Below, in pieces: positions 35,629 to 45,002 of a stretch of DNA of 64,000 nt. Under the pieces are notes generated by a model that ran no database searches, had not been told where the DNA came from, and worked only from the letters and a program-made list of their open reading frames with translations. The translations under genes were made by a program, and so were the position numbers. The stretch lies in the NCBI GenBank assembly GCA_963833485.1, contig CAWHXT010000005.1:21330-85329 (forward strand), given 5' to 3'. The first letter of the stretch is position 1. Every line of letters starts with the position of its first letter. The stretch is from an uncultured Candidatus Micrarchaeota archaeon. Its GTDB lineage: Archaea; Micrarchaeota; Micrarchaeia; Micrarchaeales; CABMGC01.

Positions 35629-36594
35629 ATGATGGCAAACATGGTTACCGCGCTTAACAACGCAATGGACTTGCTGCTAAAAGAGAATGAGGATGTCATC
35701 ATTTTCGGCGAGGATGTTGGAAAGGACGGCGGTGTTTTCAGAGTTACAGATGGTTTACAAGCTAAGTATGGTGAGGAAAGGGTTTTTGACACGCCGCTTG
35801 CGGAGTCGGTCATAGCTGGCGCTACCATAGGAATGGCGCTAAGGGGATTGAGACCGATCGCTGAGATGCAGTTCGCCGGCTTCATGCTCATGGCTTTTGA
35901 CCAGATAGTTAACCATGCTGCAAGGTACAGGAGCAGAACCAGATCTACTTACACGCTGCCGATGATTATCAGAACGCCAGTGAGTGGGGGAGTTAGGACC
36001 TTGGAGCACCACTCAGAAAGCCCAGAGGCGCTTTATTCGCACGTCGGAGGGTTACTAGTTGTAGAACCTTCGAACCCTTATGATGCGAAGGGCTTGCTGA
36101 TAAAAGCATCGCATATGGACGACCCTGTGATTTTCCTTGAGCCAACAAAGCTTTACAGGCTGTTCAAGCAAGAGGTTCCTGAAGATATGTACGAAGTTGA
36201 GATAGGGAAGGCGAACCTTGTTAGCGAAGGAGACAAGCTCACGGTGGTGACATACGGGACAATGGTTCCAATAGTGAAAGATGTAATAAGCAAGAAGAAC
36301 ATATCCGCGGACATTATTGACCTGCGCACGATAAACCCTCTTGATGAGAAGACAGTAATTGACAGCGTAAAGAAAACTGGAAGGGTAGTGATAGTGCACG
36401 AAGCTGAGTTAAGCTTCGGCGCGGGAGCGGAGATCGCGGCAAGGATAGCGGAGAAGGCGATATTTGACCTTGACGCTCCTGTTGTGAGGGTTGCAAGTGA
36501 CAGCTTCCCGTATCCGATGCCAGGATACGAACAGTGGTACATACCAAATGCTGTTAAAGTTTCAAAAGCGATAGATAAAGTTATGTCAGAGTGA
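35629..36594 (+). CDS. 2-oxoacid dehydrogenase E1 component, beta subunit
   Basis: 'FGEDVGKDGGVFRVT', 'RVFDTPLAE' and 'EMQFAGF' are typical E1-beta motifs. Confidence 0.9.
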   Translation: MMANMVTALNNAMDLLLKENEDVIIFGEDVGKDGGVFRVTDGLQAKYGEERVFDTPLAESVIAGATIGMALRGLRPIAEMQFAGFMLMAFDQIVNHAARYRSRTRSTYTLPMIIRTPVSGGVRTLEHHSESPEALYSHVGGLLVVEPSNPYDAKGLLIKASHMDDPVIFLEPTKLYRLFKQEVPEDMYEVEIGKANLVSEGDKLTVVTYGTMVPIVKDVISKKNISADIIDLRTINPLDEKTVIDSVKKTGRVVIVHEAELSFGAGAEIAARIAEKAIFDLDAPVVRVASDSFPYPMPGYEQWYIPNAVKVSKAIDKVMSE

Positions 36595-36598
36595 AAAG

Positions 36599-37819
36599 AT
36601 GAAGGAGATCAAGTTTGTTGATGTGGGAGAAGGGATCACCGAAGGTCACATACAAAAGTACCTGGTGAATGATGGAGACATGGTTAACGAGGACCAGCCG
36701 GTAGTGCAAGTTGAAACTGATAAGGCAGTGGTTAACGCACCTGCGCCAATCAGCGGAAAGATAAAGTTCGTAGCTAAGGAGAACAGCGACGTCAAAGTTG
36801 GAGATACCATAGCAATCATAGGAACCGATGCTGAGCTTAGCGGGACTCCCGCACCAGTGTCAACCGAACCGAAAGTTACAGTAAGAAAGGAGGAGCCGAA
36901 GCCGCAGCCTGCCCCGCAGACACAACCAAAAGAGGTGCTGGCAACACCCGCAGTAAGAAAGCTTGCGAGAGACCTTGGGGTTGACATAAAAAAGATTGTT
37001 GGAACAGGTCCTGACGGCAAGGTACTAGAGAATGATATCAGATCGATGGCTCAGCAAAGCGCTAACCAGTCAAAGCCTGTCCCGAAGTTCTCAGAAGTTT
37101 TAGAGCAACAGCATGGTGAGGAGGTCGAGCGAATTCCAATGTCTATGACAAGGAAAGCTATAGCAAGGAACATGGAGGCTTCCTGGACTATACCTAGAGC
37201 TACAAGCATGGAGCTTGTTGATGCTGATGCGCTTTATGCGATTGTAGAGAAGGAGAAGCCAAACGTTCTGAAACAGTTCAACGTGAAGCTAACTCTGCTT
37301 CCTTACATAATAAAGGCAGTTGTCCAGACGCTTAAAGAGAATCCTTACTTCAACGCAAGCTACGACCACGAGACACTCGAGATAATAGTCAAGAAGTATT
37401 ACAACATAGGCATTGGAGCAGAGGCACCAGACGGCCTGAAGGTTGCGGTCGTCAAGGGAGCGGACAAGATGAGCATCGTAGACATCGCAAAGGCGATACA
37501 CGACCTTGGTGAGAAGGTAAGAAACCAGACGATAAGCCTTGATGAGATGAGGGACAGCACATTTACGATAACGAACATAGGCAGCCTGGGCGGAGGTTTT
37601 GAGGCTGTGCCGATGATAAATTATCCAGAGGTTGCAATACTCGGGGTTCTGATGCTCAGGGACATGCCAGTAGTGAAAGATGGAAAGATAGTTGTTGGTA
37701 AGGTGCTTCCAATATCGCTCGTGTTTGACCATAGAGTTGTCGACGGTGCGGAAGCTGTTAAGTTCACAAATGCGCTGAAGAAGTACCTTGAGGACCCAGA
37801 CTTTCTTGAGATGCTTTAA
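36599..37819 (+). CDS. Dihydrolipoamide acyltransferase (E2)
   Basis: Lipoyl domain 'VETDKAVV', subunit-binding domain 'ATPAVRKLARDLGVD', catalytic 'SLVFDHRVVDGAEA'. Confidence 0.9.
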   Translation: MKEIKFVDVGEGITEGHIQKYLVNDGDMVNEDQPVVQVETDKAVVNAPAPISGKIKFVAKENSDVKVGDTIAIIGTDAELSGTPAPVSTEPKVTVRKEEPKPQPAPQTQPKEVLATPAVRKLARDLGVDIKKIVGTGPDGKVLENDIRSMAQQSANQSKPVPKFSEVLEQQHGEEVERIPMSMTRKAIARNMEASWTIPRATSMELVDADALYAIVEKEKPNVLKQFNVKLTLLPYIIKAVVQTLKENPYFNASYDHETLEIIVKKYYNIGIGAEAPDGLKVAVVKGADKMSIVDIAKAIHDLGEKVRNQTISLDEMRDSTFTITNIGSLGGGFEAVPMINYPEVAILGVLMLRDMPVVKDGKIVVGKVLPISLVFDHRVVDGAEAVKFTNALKKYLEDPDFLEML

Positions 37820-38289
37820 TGGATGATGATTGGAAGAAAGAAGCACGCGAAAACGTATTGAAAATAATAAAAACCAGCCATTATCTGGTTTTGGCTACAG
37901 CGGACAAGAATGGAACCCCTTGGTCTGCACCGTTGCATTACGCATTTGATCAAGATTTCAACTTCTACTTTGATTCAGATGAGAAGTCCCTTCACGTACA
38001 GCAGATGAAAAGTAACCCGAAGGTCGCCATCTCTATCGTGGAGGAGACCACACCAGCAGGGGAGGGAGCGGGAGCGCAAATAAGCGGCGTAGCCGAGGAG
38101 ATGCCAGAATCTTCTGTGACCAAGGCAGAAACCATATTGTACAGCCGCATTCATCCAGGCTCGAGTAAAACAACGGGGGAGATTCACTCTCACTACTCAA
38201 AAAAGGGCGCTAAGGTTTATAAAATTCACACATTACATGTTTACACTAAACCTTATGGTCACGAAAGGATTGAGGTTTATTTAAAGTGA
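37819..38289 (+). CDS. Pyridoxamine-5'-phosphate-oxidase-like FMN-binding (split-barrel) protein
   Basis: 'YLVLATADKNGTPWSAPLHYAFD' and 'SNPKVAISI' are typical of the PNPOx/GSP26-like family. ATGA-type overlap with E2. Confidence 0.6.
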   Translation: MDDDWKKEARENVLKIIKTSHYLVLATADKNGTPWSAPLHYAFDQDFNFYFDSDEKSLHVQQMKSNPKVAISIVEETTPAGEGAGAQISGVAEEMPESSVTKAETILYSRIHPGSSKTTGEIHSHYSKKGAKVYKIHTLHVYTKPYGHERIEVYLK

Positions 38290-38293
38290 TACA

Positions 38294-38437
38294 ATGGCAA
38301 ATCAAGGAGCTGGAGGAGGTTGTGAATGTGGTGGAAGGTGCAAATGCGGGGATAAGGGAGACTGCATGTGCACAAGGAAGAACTGCGATTGCGGATGCAC
38401 TTGTGGAGAGAGAAGAAAGACGAGAGGAAAAATGTAG
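38294..38437 (+). CDS. Cys-rich metallothionein-like peptide (47 aa)
   Basis: 'MANQGAGGGCECGGRCKCGDKGDCMCTRKNCDCGCTCGERRKTRGKM' has 10 Cys, all within five CxC units. Starts 5 nt after the preceding stop. Not in the ORF track (<60 aa). Confidence 0.5.
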   Translation: MANQGAGGGCECGGRCKCGDKGDCMCTRKNCDCGCTCGERRKTRGKM

Positions 38438-38521
38438 ATAGAGATTGTCAAATTTTTGATAAAAACAAAACTTTAACAATCCTTTTAAATAGAGAAAGCA
38501 CTAATATATTGGAGGAAAGAT

Positions 38522-38886
38522 ATGCCAGCCATAGGAACAATAGGAGAAATAGGAAATACAGGCTCGATCTCTCAGGAAGTTAAAGACAAACTGAGGGGCA
38601 CCTTTCTAAGGCACATGCCTGACGCCGGAGAAGCGATCCAGAAGGTGTACGACCCAGAAGTATGGGCAGCTGTTTGGGTCCGCTTGAACAGCAGATCAGA
38701 GACGGCAAAATGGAAATCGGAGAGGGGAGCTCGAAGGTAATCTACTCAGTGCCTAAACTGGTAGAGCTTGCGCACACGCACAGAGGCAAAGACTTTGCAG
38801 AGTTCTGGGACATACTCAGGAACGGCAAAGTAGAGAGACAAAGCCTTGGAAGCATAATAAAATCAGTCTTAGGGAAGCTTAGGTAA
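38522..38886 (+). CDS. Hypothetical protein, possibly one gene split by a 1-nt deletion
   Basis: Two overlapping ORFs (38522-38740 and 38662-38886) lie in frames differing by -1. 'ggagg' precedes the first ATG. 365 nt, i.e. 366-1. No motif. Confidence 0.3.
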
Positions 38887-38987
38887 TCCTACCTTAAGCC
38901 GATCCGCCTAGGCAGATCTGTTTCTAATTTTTGAACATATTTATTACTATTTATACACTATTTATCATAACTTAAAAAGTTGATCTT

Positions 38988-40365
38988 ATGGTAATGGGCT
39001 CTCTTCCAGAACAAGTCGATCTTGCAGTCATAGGAGGAGGGGTCGGAGGTTACGTTGCTGCCATAAGGGCGGCGCAGCTGGGTCTCAGCGTCACGCTCGT
39101 TGAGAAAGAAAAGCTAGGAGGGCACTGCCTGAACTACGCTTGCATACCTTCAAAGACACTCATCAAGGTCTCTGACATATTCTATGAGGCACAGCATTCG
39201 CAGAAGTTTGGCATAAACGTGCAGGGAGCCAGCCTGGATGCCAAGAAGATGCTTGAATGGAGGATGTCTGTTTCGAAGAGGCTTGAGGATGGGGTGGCTT
39301 TCCTCTGCAAGTCTAATGAGATAGAGGTGCTTAAAGGAGCAGCAACCTTCCTTTCACAGAGTACATTGCAGCTGACGGATGGGGTGTCGCTAGAATTTAA
39401 GAATGCCATAATAGCAACCGGCTCAGAGCCTACCGGTACTAAAGGGATTTGAGTTCGGAGGCAATATAATTGATTACAAGCAGGCGCTGATGCTCGATCA
39501 CATACCAAAATCTATCGCCATAATCGGCGCCGGATACGTTGCTGTTGAGATAGGGACGCTGTATGCAAAGCTCGGAACTAAGGTTTCCATAATCGCAAGG
39601 TCAGACGTGCTCTCGCGCTTCGATAGGGACGCAGTTACGCTGATAAAAAGGAAGATGCAGGAACTTGGAGTAAAGATATACACAGATACTTCACCAGTTG
39701 GGCATGATGCAAGCAGTGTCACGCTCAATTCTGGAGAGAAGGTTGATGCTGAATTGATAGTTGTCGCTGTCGGCCTCACTCCTTACATCGATGGTCTGGG
39801 GCTAGAAAATACAAAGATTGAGAGCGACGATAAAGGTTTCATAAAGGTAGACAGTTCGATGCGAACTAAAGAACCGAACATATTTGCAGTTGGTGATGTA
39901 GTTGGAGAACCGCTGCTTGCGCACAAGGCAATGAGGCAGGGGGTTGTATCCGCAGAGGCTGCTGCGGGAAAGAACTCTTCGTACGACAATCTCGTAGTGC
40001 CTGCAGTCATATTCTCTGACCCTGAAATAGCAATTGCTGGGGTTGTAGAAGAGGGAAATGGCATAAGAGTTACGAAGTTCCCGTTGAGCGCCTTGGGCAG
40101 GGCGGTAGCTTTAGATACCACCAACGGCTTCGTGAAGATAGCATACGACGAACAGCAAGTGGTAAAGGGAGTCGAGATAGTATCTGACGAAGCGAGTTCC
40201 ATGATATCTGAAGCCGCGCTTGCAATAGAAATGGGGGCGACATTGGAAGACATAGCATCTACAATACATCCACATCCAACTTACAGTGAGGCAATACAGG
40301 AAGCGGCGGAGGCCGCGCTTGGCAGGCCGATTCATTTCTTCTACGGCAAACAGAGCAAACAGTGA
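38988..40365 (+). pseudogene. lpdA: Dihydrolipoamide dehydrogenase (E3), frame disrupted as read
   Basis: 'GGGVGGYVAAIRAAQLG' and the redox centre 'GGHCLNYACIPSK'. A +1 shift at about 39435 gives '...IATGSEPT|VLKGFEFGGNIIDY...PKSIAIIGAGYVAVE'. 1378 nt, i.e. 1377+1. Confidence 0.85.
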
Positions 40366-40369
40366 GCAA

Positions 40370-41098
40370 ATGGATTACGAGACGGACTTTGACGACGGGT
40401 ATGCTGGCACTTCAGTTGGAAAGATATACTATAGACACCATAAAGGAGAGGGAGAAAAGCTGATTTTATTACATGGCCTTGGGGCTAACGCAAGATCATG
40501 GAAGAACCTGATGTTCTTCATGCCAGACACTCTAGATATCTACTTGATAGACTTATTGGGGCACGGGAACTCTGACAAACCGAAGATTGACTACACGATA
40601 AGCATGCAGGTGCAGATGCTGAGAGAGTTCATAGCTCTTAACAACAACGGCGACAGTTATCTCATGGGACATTCGTACGGTGCGTGGATATGCGCCTATT
40701 ACGCTTCGCAACCGTATTCGGCGAAGGGCTTAATACTGGAAGATGCTGCTGGCCTGAAATTATTCTTCGATGATCTGCAGATATCTGGAACGCTTCAACA
40801 GGAGAAAGAAGAGGTGCTGAAACAAACGCTCCAAATGAATGGCAACGAGAAATACGTGATACAGAGCGCTCTTGACAACAGGAACGAATTTCTTGATGAG
40901 ACTAATTTATCAAAAATAACGCAGAAGACTCTGGTACTGTGGGGCAGCGACGACAGTACGCTGAACGTGAAGTATGCTGAGGAGTTCAAGAAACAGATAC
41001 CAAACTCAGATCTGCAGTACATAGAAGGTGGGGGGCATACGCCACACTTCACTCGCCCAAAGCAGGTATCTGAGAAGATAATTAATTTTATAGGTTGA
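40370..41098 (+). CDS. Alpha/beta-fold hydrolase
   Basis: 'LILLHGLGAN' and nucleophile elbow 'GHSYGAW', with C-terminal 'GGGHTPH'. Start at the ATG at 40370, just after the lpdA stop. Confidence 0.75.
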   Translation: MDYETDFDDGYAGTSVGKIYYRHHKGEGEKLILLHGLGANARSWKNLMFFMPDTLDIYLIDLLGHGNSDKPKIDYTISMQVQMLREFIALNNNGDSYLMGHSYGAWICAYYASQPYSAKGLILEDAAGLKLFFDDLQISGTLQQEKEEVLKQTLQMNGNEKYVIQSALDNRNEFLDETNLSKITQKTLVLWGSDDSTLNVKYAEEFKKQIPNSDLQYIEGGGHTPHFTRPKQVSEKIINFIG

Positions 41099-41516
41099 TA
41101 GAACGGGGGCTGAACAAAATATAGTCAGGGCTGGGGCATCCGCGCTGATTGAAGATGGAGATGGTAAATTTTTAGTAGGTAAGAGGGCTGTATGGCCTGT
41201 TGGTATGTGGACCTTCCCTGGCGGGGGGATTGAATTTGGAGAGAGCTCTGACCATGCGGTTGTGAGGGAGACAAAGGAGGAGACAGGACTTGAGATAACG
41301 CCTACGAAACTGATCAAGGTGCACGAGATGATAGTTCCGGAGAACAAGGTGCACAGGATAATCTTCTTTTATCTTGCAAAGGTTGTGGGAGGAGAGCTTA
41401 AGACCACCGAAGAGATCAGCGAGTGGCGTTGGATGACCCCGGACGACATCGCCAAGCTTGACAACCTTGGCCATTCAGTGATTGAGATAATGAGAGAGGC
41501 GAAGCTGATTAAGTAG
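41095..41516 (+). CDS. Nudix hydrolase (5' end uncertain)
   Basis: Nudix box 'GGGIEFGESSDHAVVRETKEETGL'. Homologous N-terminal sequence ('IVRAGASALIEDGDGKFLVGKR') lies upstream of the first in-frame ATG (41205). TTG at 41095 is reachable only with a 1-nt correction near the A-run at 41116-41119. Confidence 0.65.
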
Positions 41517-41519
41517 GGT

Positions 41520-41810
41520 TTGAAAATGGAGGGATCTGCGAGCCAGAAAGTTCCTGGGGGCAAGATGCTTATTGTAAAGGTAAATTTTGAACAAAAGATA
41601 AACGCGGTTCAGATCACTGGGGACTTTTTCCTTTATCCTGAAGATTCGCTGGATAAGATCGAGGGGGCTCTTATTGGATTGGACATAAACGATAGTCTAG
41701 AAAAAATAAGGGGAAGAGTCGATGACGTTGTAAAGAAGAACAGAATAGAGATGATAGGAATTAATCCAGAAGCTATAGCCCAGACTATCAAGATGGCGGT
41801 GAAGAGATGA
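41520..41810 (+). CDS. Lipoate-protein ligase accessory (C-terminal) domain protein, LplB-like
   Basis: 'KVPGGKMLIVKV.......VQITGDFFLYPED' matches the LplA C-terminal domain. It is encoded separately, as in Thermoplasma. Confidence 0.7.
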   Translation: MKMEGSASQKVPGGKMLIVKVNFEQKINAVQITGDFFLYPEDSLDKIEGALIGLDINDSLEKIRGRVDDVVKKNRIEMIGINPEAIAQTIKMAVKR

Positions 41811-42553
41811 GGTGGAGGATAATACCATTAGAGACGCATGACGCGTACCTCAACATGGCGATAGACGAGGCAATAGGGGATTATGTATCAAATGGTGAGT
41901 CCCCTCCAACAATCAGATTTTACACCTGGAAGCCGAGCGCGATCTCGATAGGGCATTTCCAATCGATGAGAGATGAGGTAAACATTGAAAAGTGCAAGGA
42001 GCTAGGTGTGGATTTTGTGCGTAGAAAGACAGGTGGGGGAGCGGTATATCACGACGAGCACGGAGAGATAACTTACAGTCTCATCGCACCGGAGAATCTC
42101 ATGCCAAAGGGGATAATCGACAGCTACAAGTTGATATGTGGGTGGGTGATAGATGGCTTGAATAACTTGGGAATCAAAGCGAGCTTCGCGCCGATAAATG
42201 ACATACTTGTAAATGGGAAGAAGATATCTGGGAATGCGCAGACCAGAAGAAACAAGATACTTCTTCAGCATGGCACCGTCCTTTATGACCTTGATGTTAA
42301 GAAGATGTTCTCCCTGCTGAAGATAAGCAACGAAAAAATCTCTGACAAGATGATAAAGAGCGTTGGTGATAGGGTGACAAGGGTGCTTGATTACACCAAA
42401 GTTTCTCAGGAAGAGCTGTACAACGCACTGCTAGAAGGATTTACAAAAGGGAAGGAGTATGATTTTGGAAAGATTAGCGAAGAAGAATCAAAGAAAGCGA
42501 GAGATTTGGTCGATAGCGTCTACAAAGCGGACGAATGGAACTTCATGAGATAG
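41807..42553 (+). CDS. lplA: Lipoate-protein ligase A, catalytic domain
   Basis: 'RRKTGGGAVYHD' and 'GKKISGNAQ', with an overall BPL/LplA fold pattern. Confidence 0.9.
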   Translation: MRWRIIPLETHDAYLNMAIDEAIGDYVSNGESPPTIRFYTWKPSAISIGHFQSMRDEVNIEKCKELGVDFVRRKTGGGAVYHDEHGEITYSLIAPENLMPKGIIDSYKLICGWVIDGLNNLGIKASFAPINDILVNGKKISGNAQTRRNKILLQHGTVLYDLDVKKMFSLLKISNEKISDKMIKSVGDRVTRVLDYTKVSQEELYNALLEGFTKGKEYDFGKISEEESKKARDLVDSVYKADEWNFMR

Positions 42554-43424
42554 TTATCTCTCTTTTTTAATTATGGCCTTGATGAAATGCTCTCCGGCTC
42601 TGTATGAACTCCTGACAAACGGGCCGGCTGCAACATAAAGGAATCCCATCTCAAGCGCTTTCTGTTTGTAATGCTCGAACTTTTGAGGGCTTACATACTC
42701 TTTTACTTCCGCGTGATGCTCGCTTGGCTTAAGATACTGGCCTATTGCAAGAAAATCAACGTTCACGCTTCTCAGGTCTCGCATCGCTTGAAGCACCTCC
42801 TCTTCGCTTTCTCCTAGTCCAAGCATCATTGCAGATTTCGTATATCTGGACGGGTCGATTTTCTTGACGTTAGCAAGCACATCAAGCGACTGTCTGTACT
42901 TCGCCCTCTTATCCCTTATCTTGTCGCTAAGTATCTCGACAGTTTCAATGTTGTGACCAACTACATCAGGTTTTGCATCGACTACTGTTTTTTAAGCAAC
43001 CGAAGTCTCCGCGGAAATCAGGTATAAGAACTTCAACAAGAGTCTGTGGGTTTTCTTTCTTTATTTCTCTTATGCAGTTAGCAAAATGTGTTGAGCCCTG
43101 GTCTTGCATGTCGTCCCTGCATACTGATGTAATCACTACATAAGGAAGCTTCCACTGCTTCAGGACTTGTGCAAGTTTGTAAGGCTCAAATATATCGATA
43201 CTTTCCCCTTTCGCGCTCTTCGTAACTGCACAGAACCTGCAGCCTCTAGTACATTTCTCCCCGAGAACCATGAAGGTCGCAGTTCCGGAGCTCCAGCATT
43301 CCGCCATGTTAGGGCAGTGCGCCTCTGCGCACACCGTATGAAGCTTTAGGGATGCTATTGTCTGTTTTATTTCAGAGTATTTTTCAGTTGAAGCTGGCTG
43401 TATTGTAAGCCATTCTGGTTTCAT
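42554..43424 (-). pseudogene. lipA: Lipoyl synthase, frame disrupted as read
   Basis: Radical-SAM 'CTRGCRFC' plus 'CEAHCPN'-type cluster 'CAEAHCPNMAEC'. A +1 shift falls in the A6 run (T6 at 42988-42993 on +): '...IPDFRGDFGCLK|TVVDAKPDVVGHNIETV...'. 871 nt, i.e. 870+1. Confidence 0.85.
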
Positions 43425-43470
43425 ATCGCCACGAAAAGAATTAGCGTGCTAGATTTTTATTCATATGTGG

Positions 43471-44025
43471 TCAGAAACCGTTTGGCGTTGAGAATAGCAG
43501 ATCATAATGCCTTATTTCTGTAGCTACTCTATCTGTACACTCTCCTTTAATCTTCACCCCAATCTGGTCTGCAAAGATTCTGTGGGGGTGAAGATGTAGT
43601 TTTCCGATCTCTGTCATGTCCTGCTCAGAAAGTAGCCTGGGGCTTGCTGGCGGGAACTGGGAGTGCGAAGAGTTGGAATATGCAAGAACTGCAGAATACT
43701 TTACGGTCTTGGTGCAAGTTATACCGACATATGCGTCTCCCGGGTTGCTTATTGAAGTAGTCGGATGGTTATGCGCTAGAAGAAAGGCTAAAAGGTGTGC
43801 CATCTCTCCTTTCCTAGTAAAGGAATCCTGATTATTTACATTGTGGCAGGGTGTATGGCCAGCTAAGATCTGAAACTTTACTGATTGCAGATCTGATGGC
43901 CTTCTCTGAAGCGCTATTATTGCCGTCACTTTTGTAGCTAAAGCGATACCTCTTTCATCTTCGATATCATGTCCTTCCTCATCAAAGAATCTGTGGCTTA
44001 CAACCTGGATAGCAAATTTGTTCAT
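43471..44025 (-). CDS. Hypothetical protein with a possible JAB/RadC-like metalloprotease motif
   Basis: 185 aa starting at 'MNKFAIQ'. 'DERGIAL' and 'AHNHPTTSISNPGD' loosely resemble the E...HxHx(n)Sx(n)D JAMM pattern, but the spacing is off by one. Confidence 0.3.
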   Translation of the reverse strand: MNKFAIQVVSHRFFDEEGHDIEDERGIALATKVTAIIALQRRPSDLQSVKFQILAGHTPCHNVNNQDSFTRKGEMAHLLAFLLAHNHPTTSISNPGDAYVGITCTKTVKYSAVLAYSNSSHSQFPPASPRLLSEQDMTEIGKLHLHPHRIFADQIGVKIKGECTDRVATEIRHYDLLFSTPNGF

Positions 44026-44044
44026 ATTTATTACCGCATAAAGA

Positions 44045-44557
44045 TTATCTTGTGGCTTGTTTGAAAGGCTCGGGATTTGTTGGCGTCGCTTCCTCGCTCT
44101 CCGGAGGCATGAATACGAAGTGATAATACTCCATTTTATCGGTATCAAAAGCGGTTACTTTGATCGCTCCTGCTTTTGGGTATTCGGTTATCCGCATTAT
44201 TCTTAGTTTGGTTAACTTGGCGATTTGCTCTTTGTCTACTATGTGCCTCTTTTCTTCTAGAACCTCATGTTGTGCTCTAAGGTTTCCAGCATAATATACC
44301 TCCAAATGTGTGTAGCTTCTTTTCCCTTTCTCGCGTTCGGTTAAAAATTCATCTATTCTTCTTGCAATTAACGTCATATCTGGCCTAGAAGGGTTAAAGC
44401 TTACGTAAAGAGTCACTTCGTGAACCCACCCAATGTTGACTGGTAAGATTACAGATTTTACCTCTTTATTTTCCCCAGTCCATCCATCGCTCAATAGGTT
44501 TGCTGAAATGTAGTGTTGATATATGTTCTGCCCTTGAATCCTCTTTACAGCTTCCAT
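44045..44557 (-). CDS. Hypothetical protein
   Basis: 170-aa ORF 19 nt upstream of the next gene, so likely co-transcribed. No motif. Confidence 0.4.
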   Translation of the reverse strand: MEAVKRIQGQNIYQHYISANLLSDGWTGENKEVKSVILPVNIGWVHEVTLYVSFNPSRPDMTLIARRIDEFLTEREKGKRSYTHLEVYYAGNLRAQHEVLEEKRHIVDKEQIAKLTKLRIMRITEYPKAGAIKVTAFDTDKMEYYHFVFMPPESEEATPTNPEPFKQATR

Positions 44558-44666
44558 AATAGTAAAGTGCGCCCAGTACTTTAAATACTTTATTTTATCT
44601 TTGTTTTTATCATTTATTTTTGGATAAAATGAAAGGGAAGGCTTAAGATATCTTCTAGGCTAAGAT

Positions 44667-45002
44667 TTGGCTATGGCGATGCGACCGGAAAATTTCTACA
44701 GAGTAGCGAAGATGAGAAAGATTTTAGATTATGTAGTCTACGCTTCTGCTGTATTCGACTTTGCGATCGCGGCTGTGACGCTGATATCGATAAACTTGAA
44801 AGGGGTTGATCTAAGCAACATACAGACCCTGCTGAACTATGGGCTTAGCATAATAGTGGTTCTGACTATAGTTATATTCGCTTCGATGATGGTGCTAAGG
44901 CACTACGACAGAATCATGGATAAGTTTACTAAGGTCGGATTTGACATTAAGTATGGTAAGAGAAGGAGAAGGCTGCAGATGGAAAGGCGCAGAAGTTTTT
45001 AG
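44667..45002 (+). CDS. Small membrane protein
   Basis: 111 aa with two hydrophobic helices and a basic C-terminus. Confidence 0.4.
   Translation: MAMAMRPENFYRVAKMRKILDYVVYASAVFDFAIAAVTLISINLKGVDLSNIQTLLNYGLSIIVVLTIVIFASMMVLRHYDRIMDKFTKVGFDIKYGKRRRRLQMERRRSF

Noticed and set aside
37289-37846. 185-aa minus-strand ORF overlapping the 3' end of E2
   Set aside because: It is antisense to the conserved catalytic domain of E2 and has no motif of its own.
38887-38987. Palindromes 'gcctaggc' and 'cagatctg' upstream of lpdA as a regulatory hairpin or operator
   Set aside because: They are short self-complementary 8-mers with no loop, and the pattern is not repeated. There is not enough evidence to call a site.
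42988-42993. Programmed +1 frameshift or transcriptional slippage at the A6 run in lipA
   Set aside because: It is possible in principle. But more than a dozen similar single-base disruptions occur in unrelated genes, including five essential ribosomal proteins, so generic consensus error is the simpler explanation. The point is retained only as a caveat.
43471-44557. The overlapping ORFs 43471-44148 and 44045-44557 read as one frameshifted gene
   Set aside because: An internal ATG ('MNKFAIQ', 44023-44025) lies 19 nt after the upstream stop. This gives two non-overlapping genes with no correction needed.
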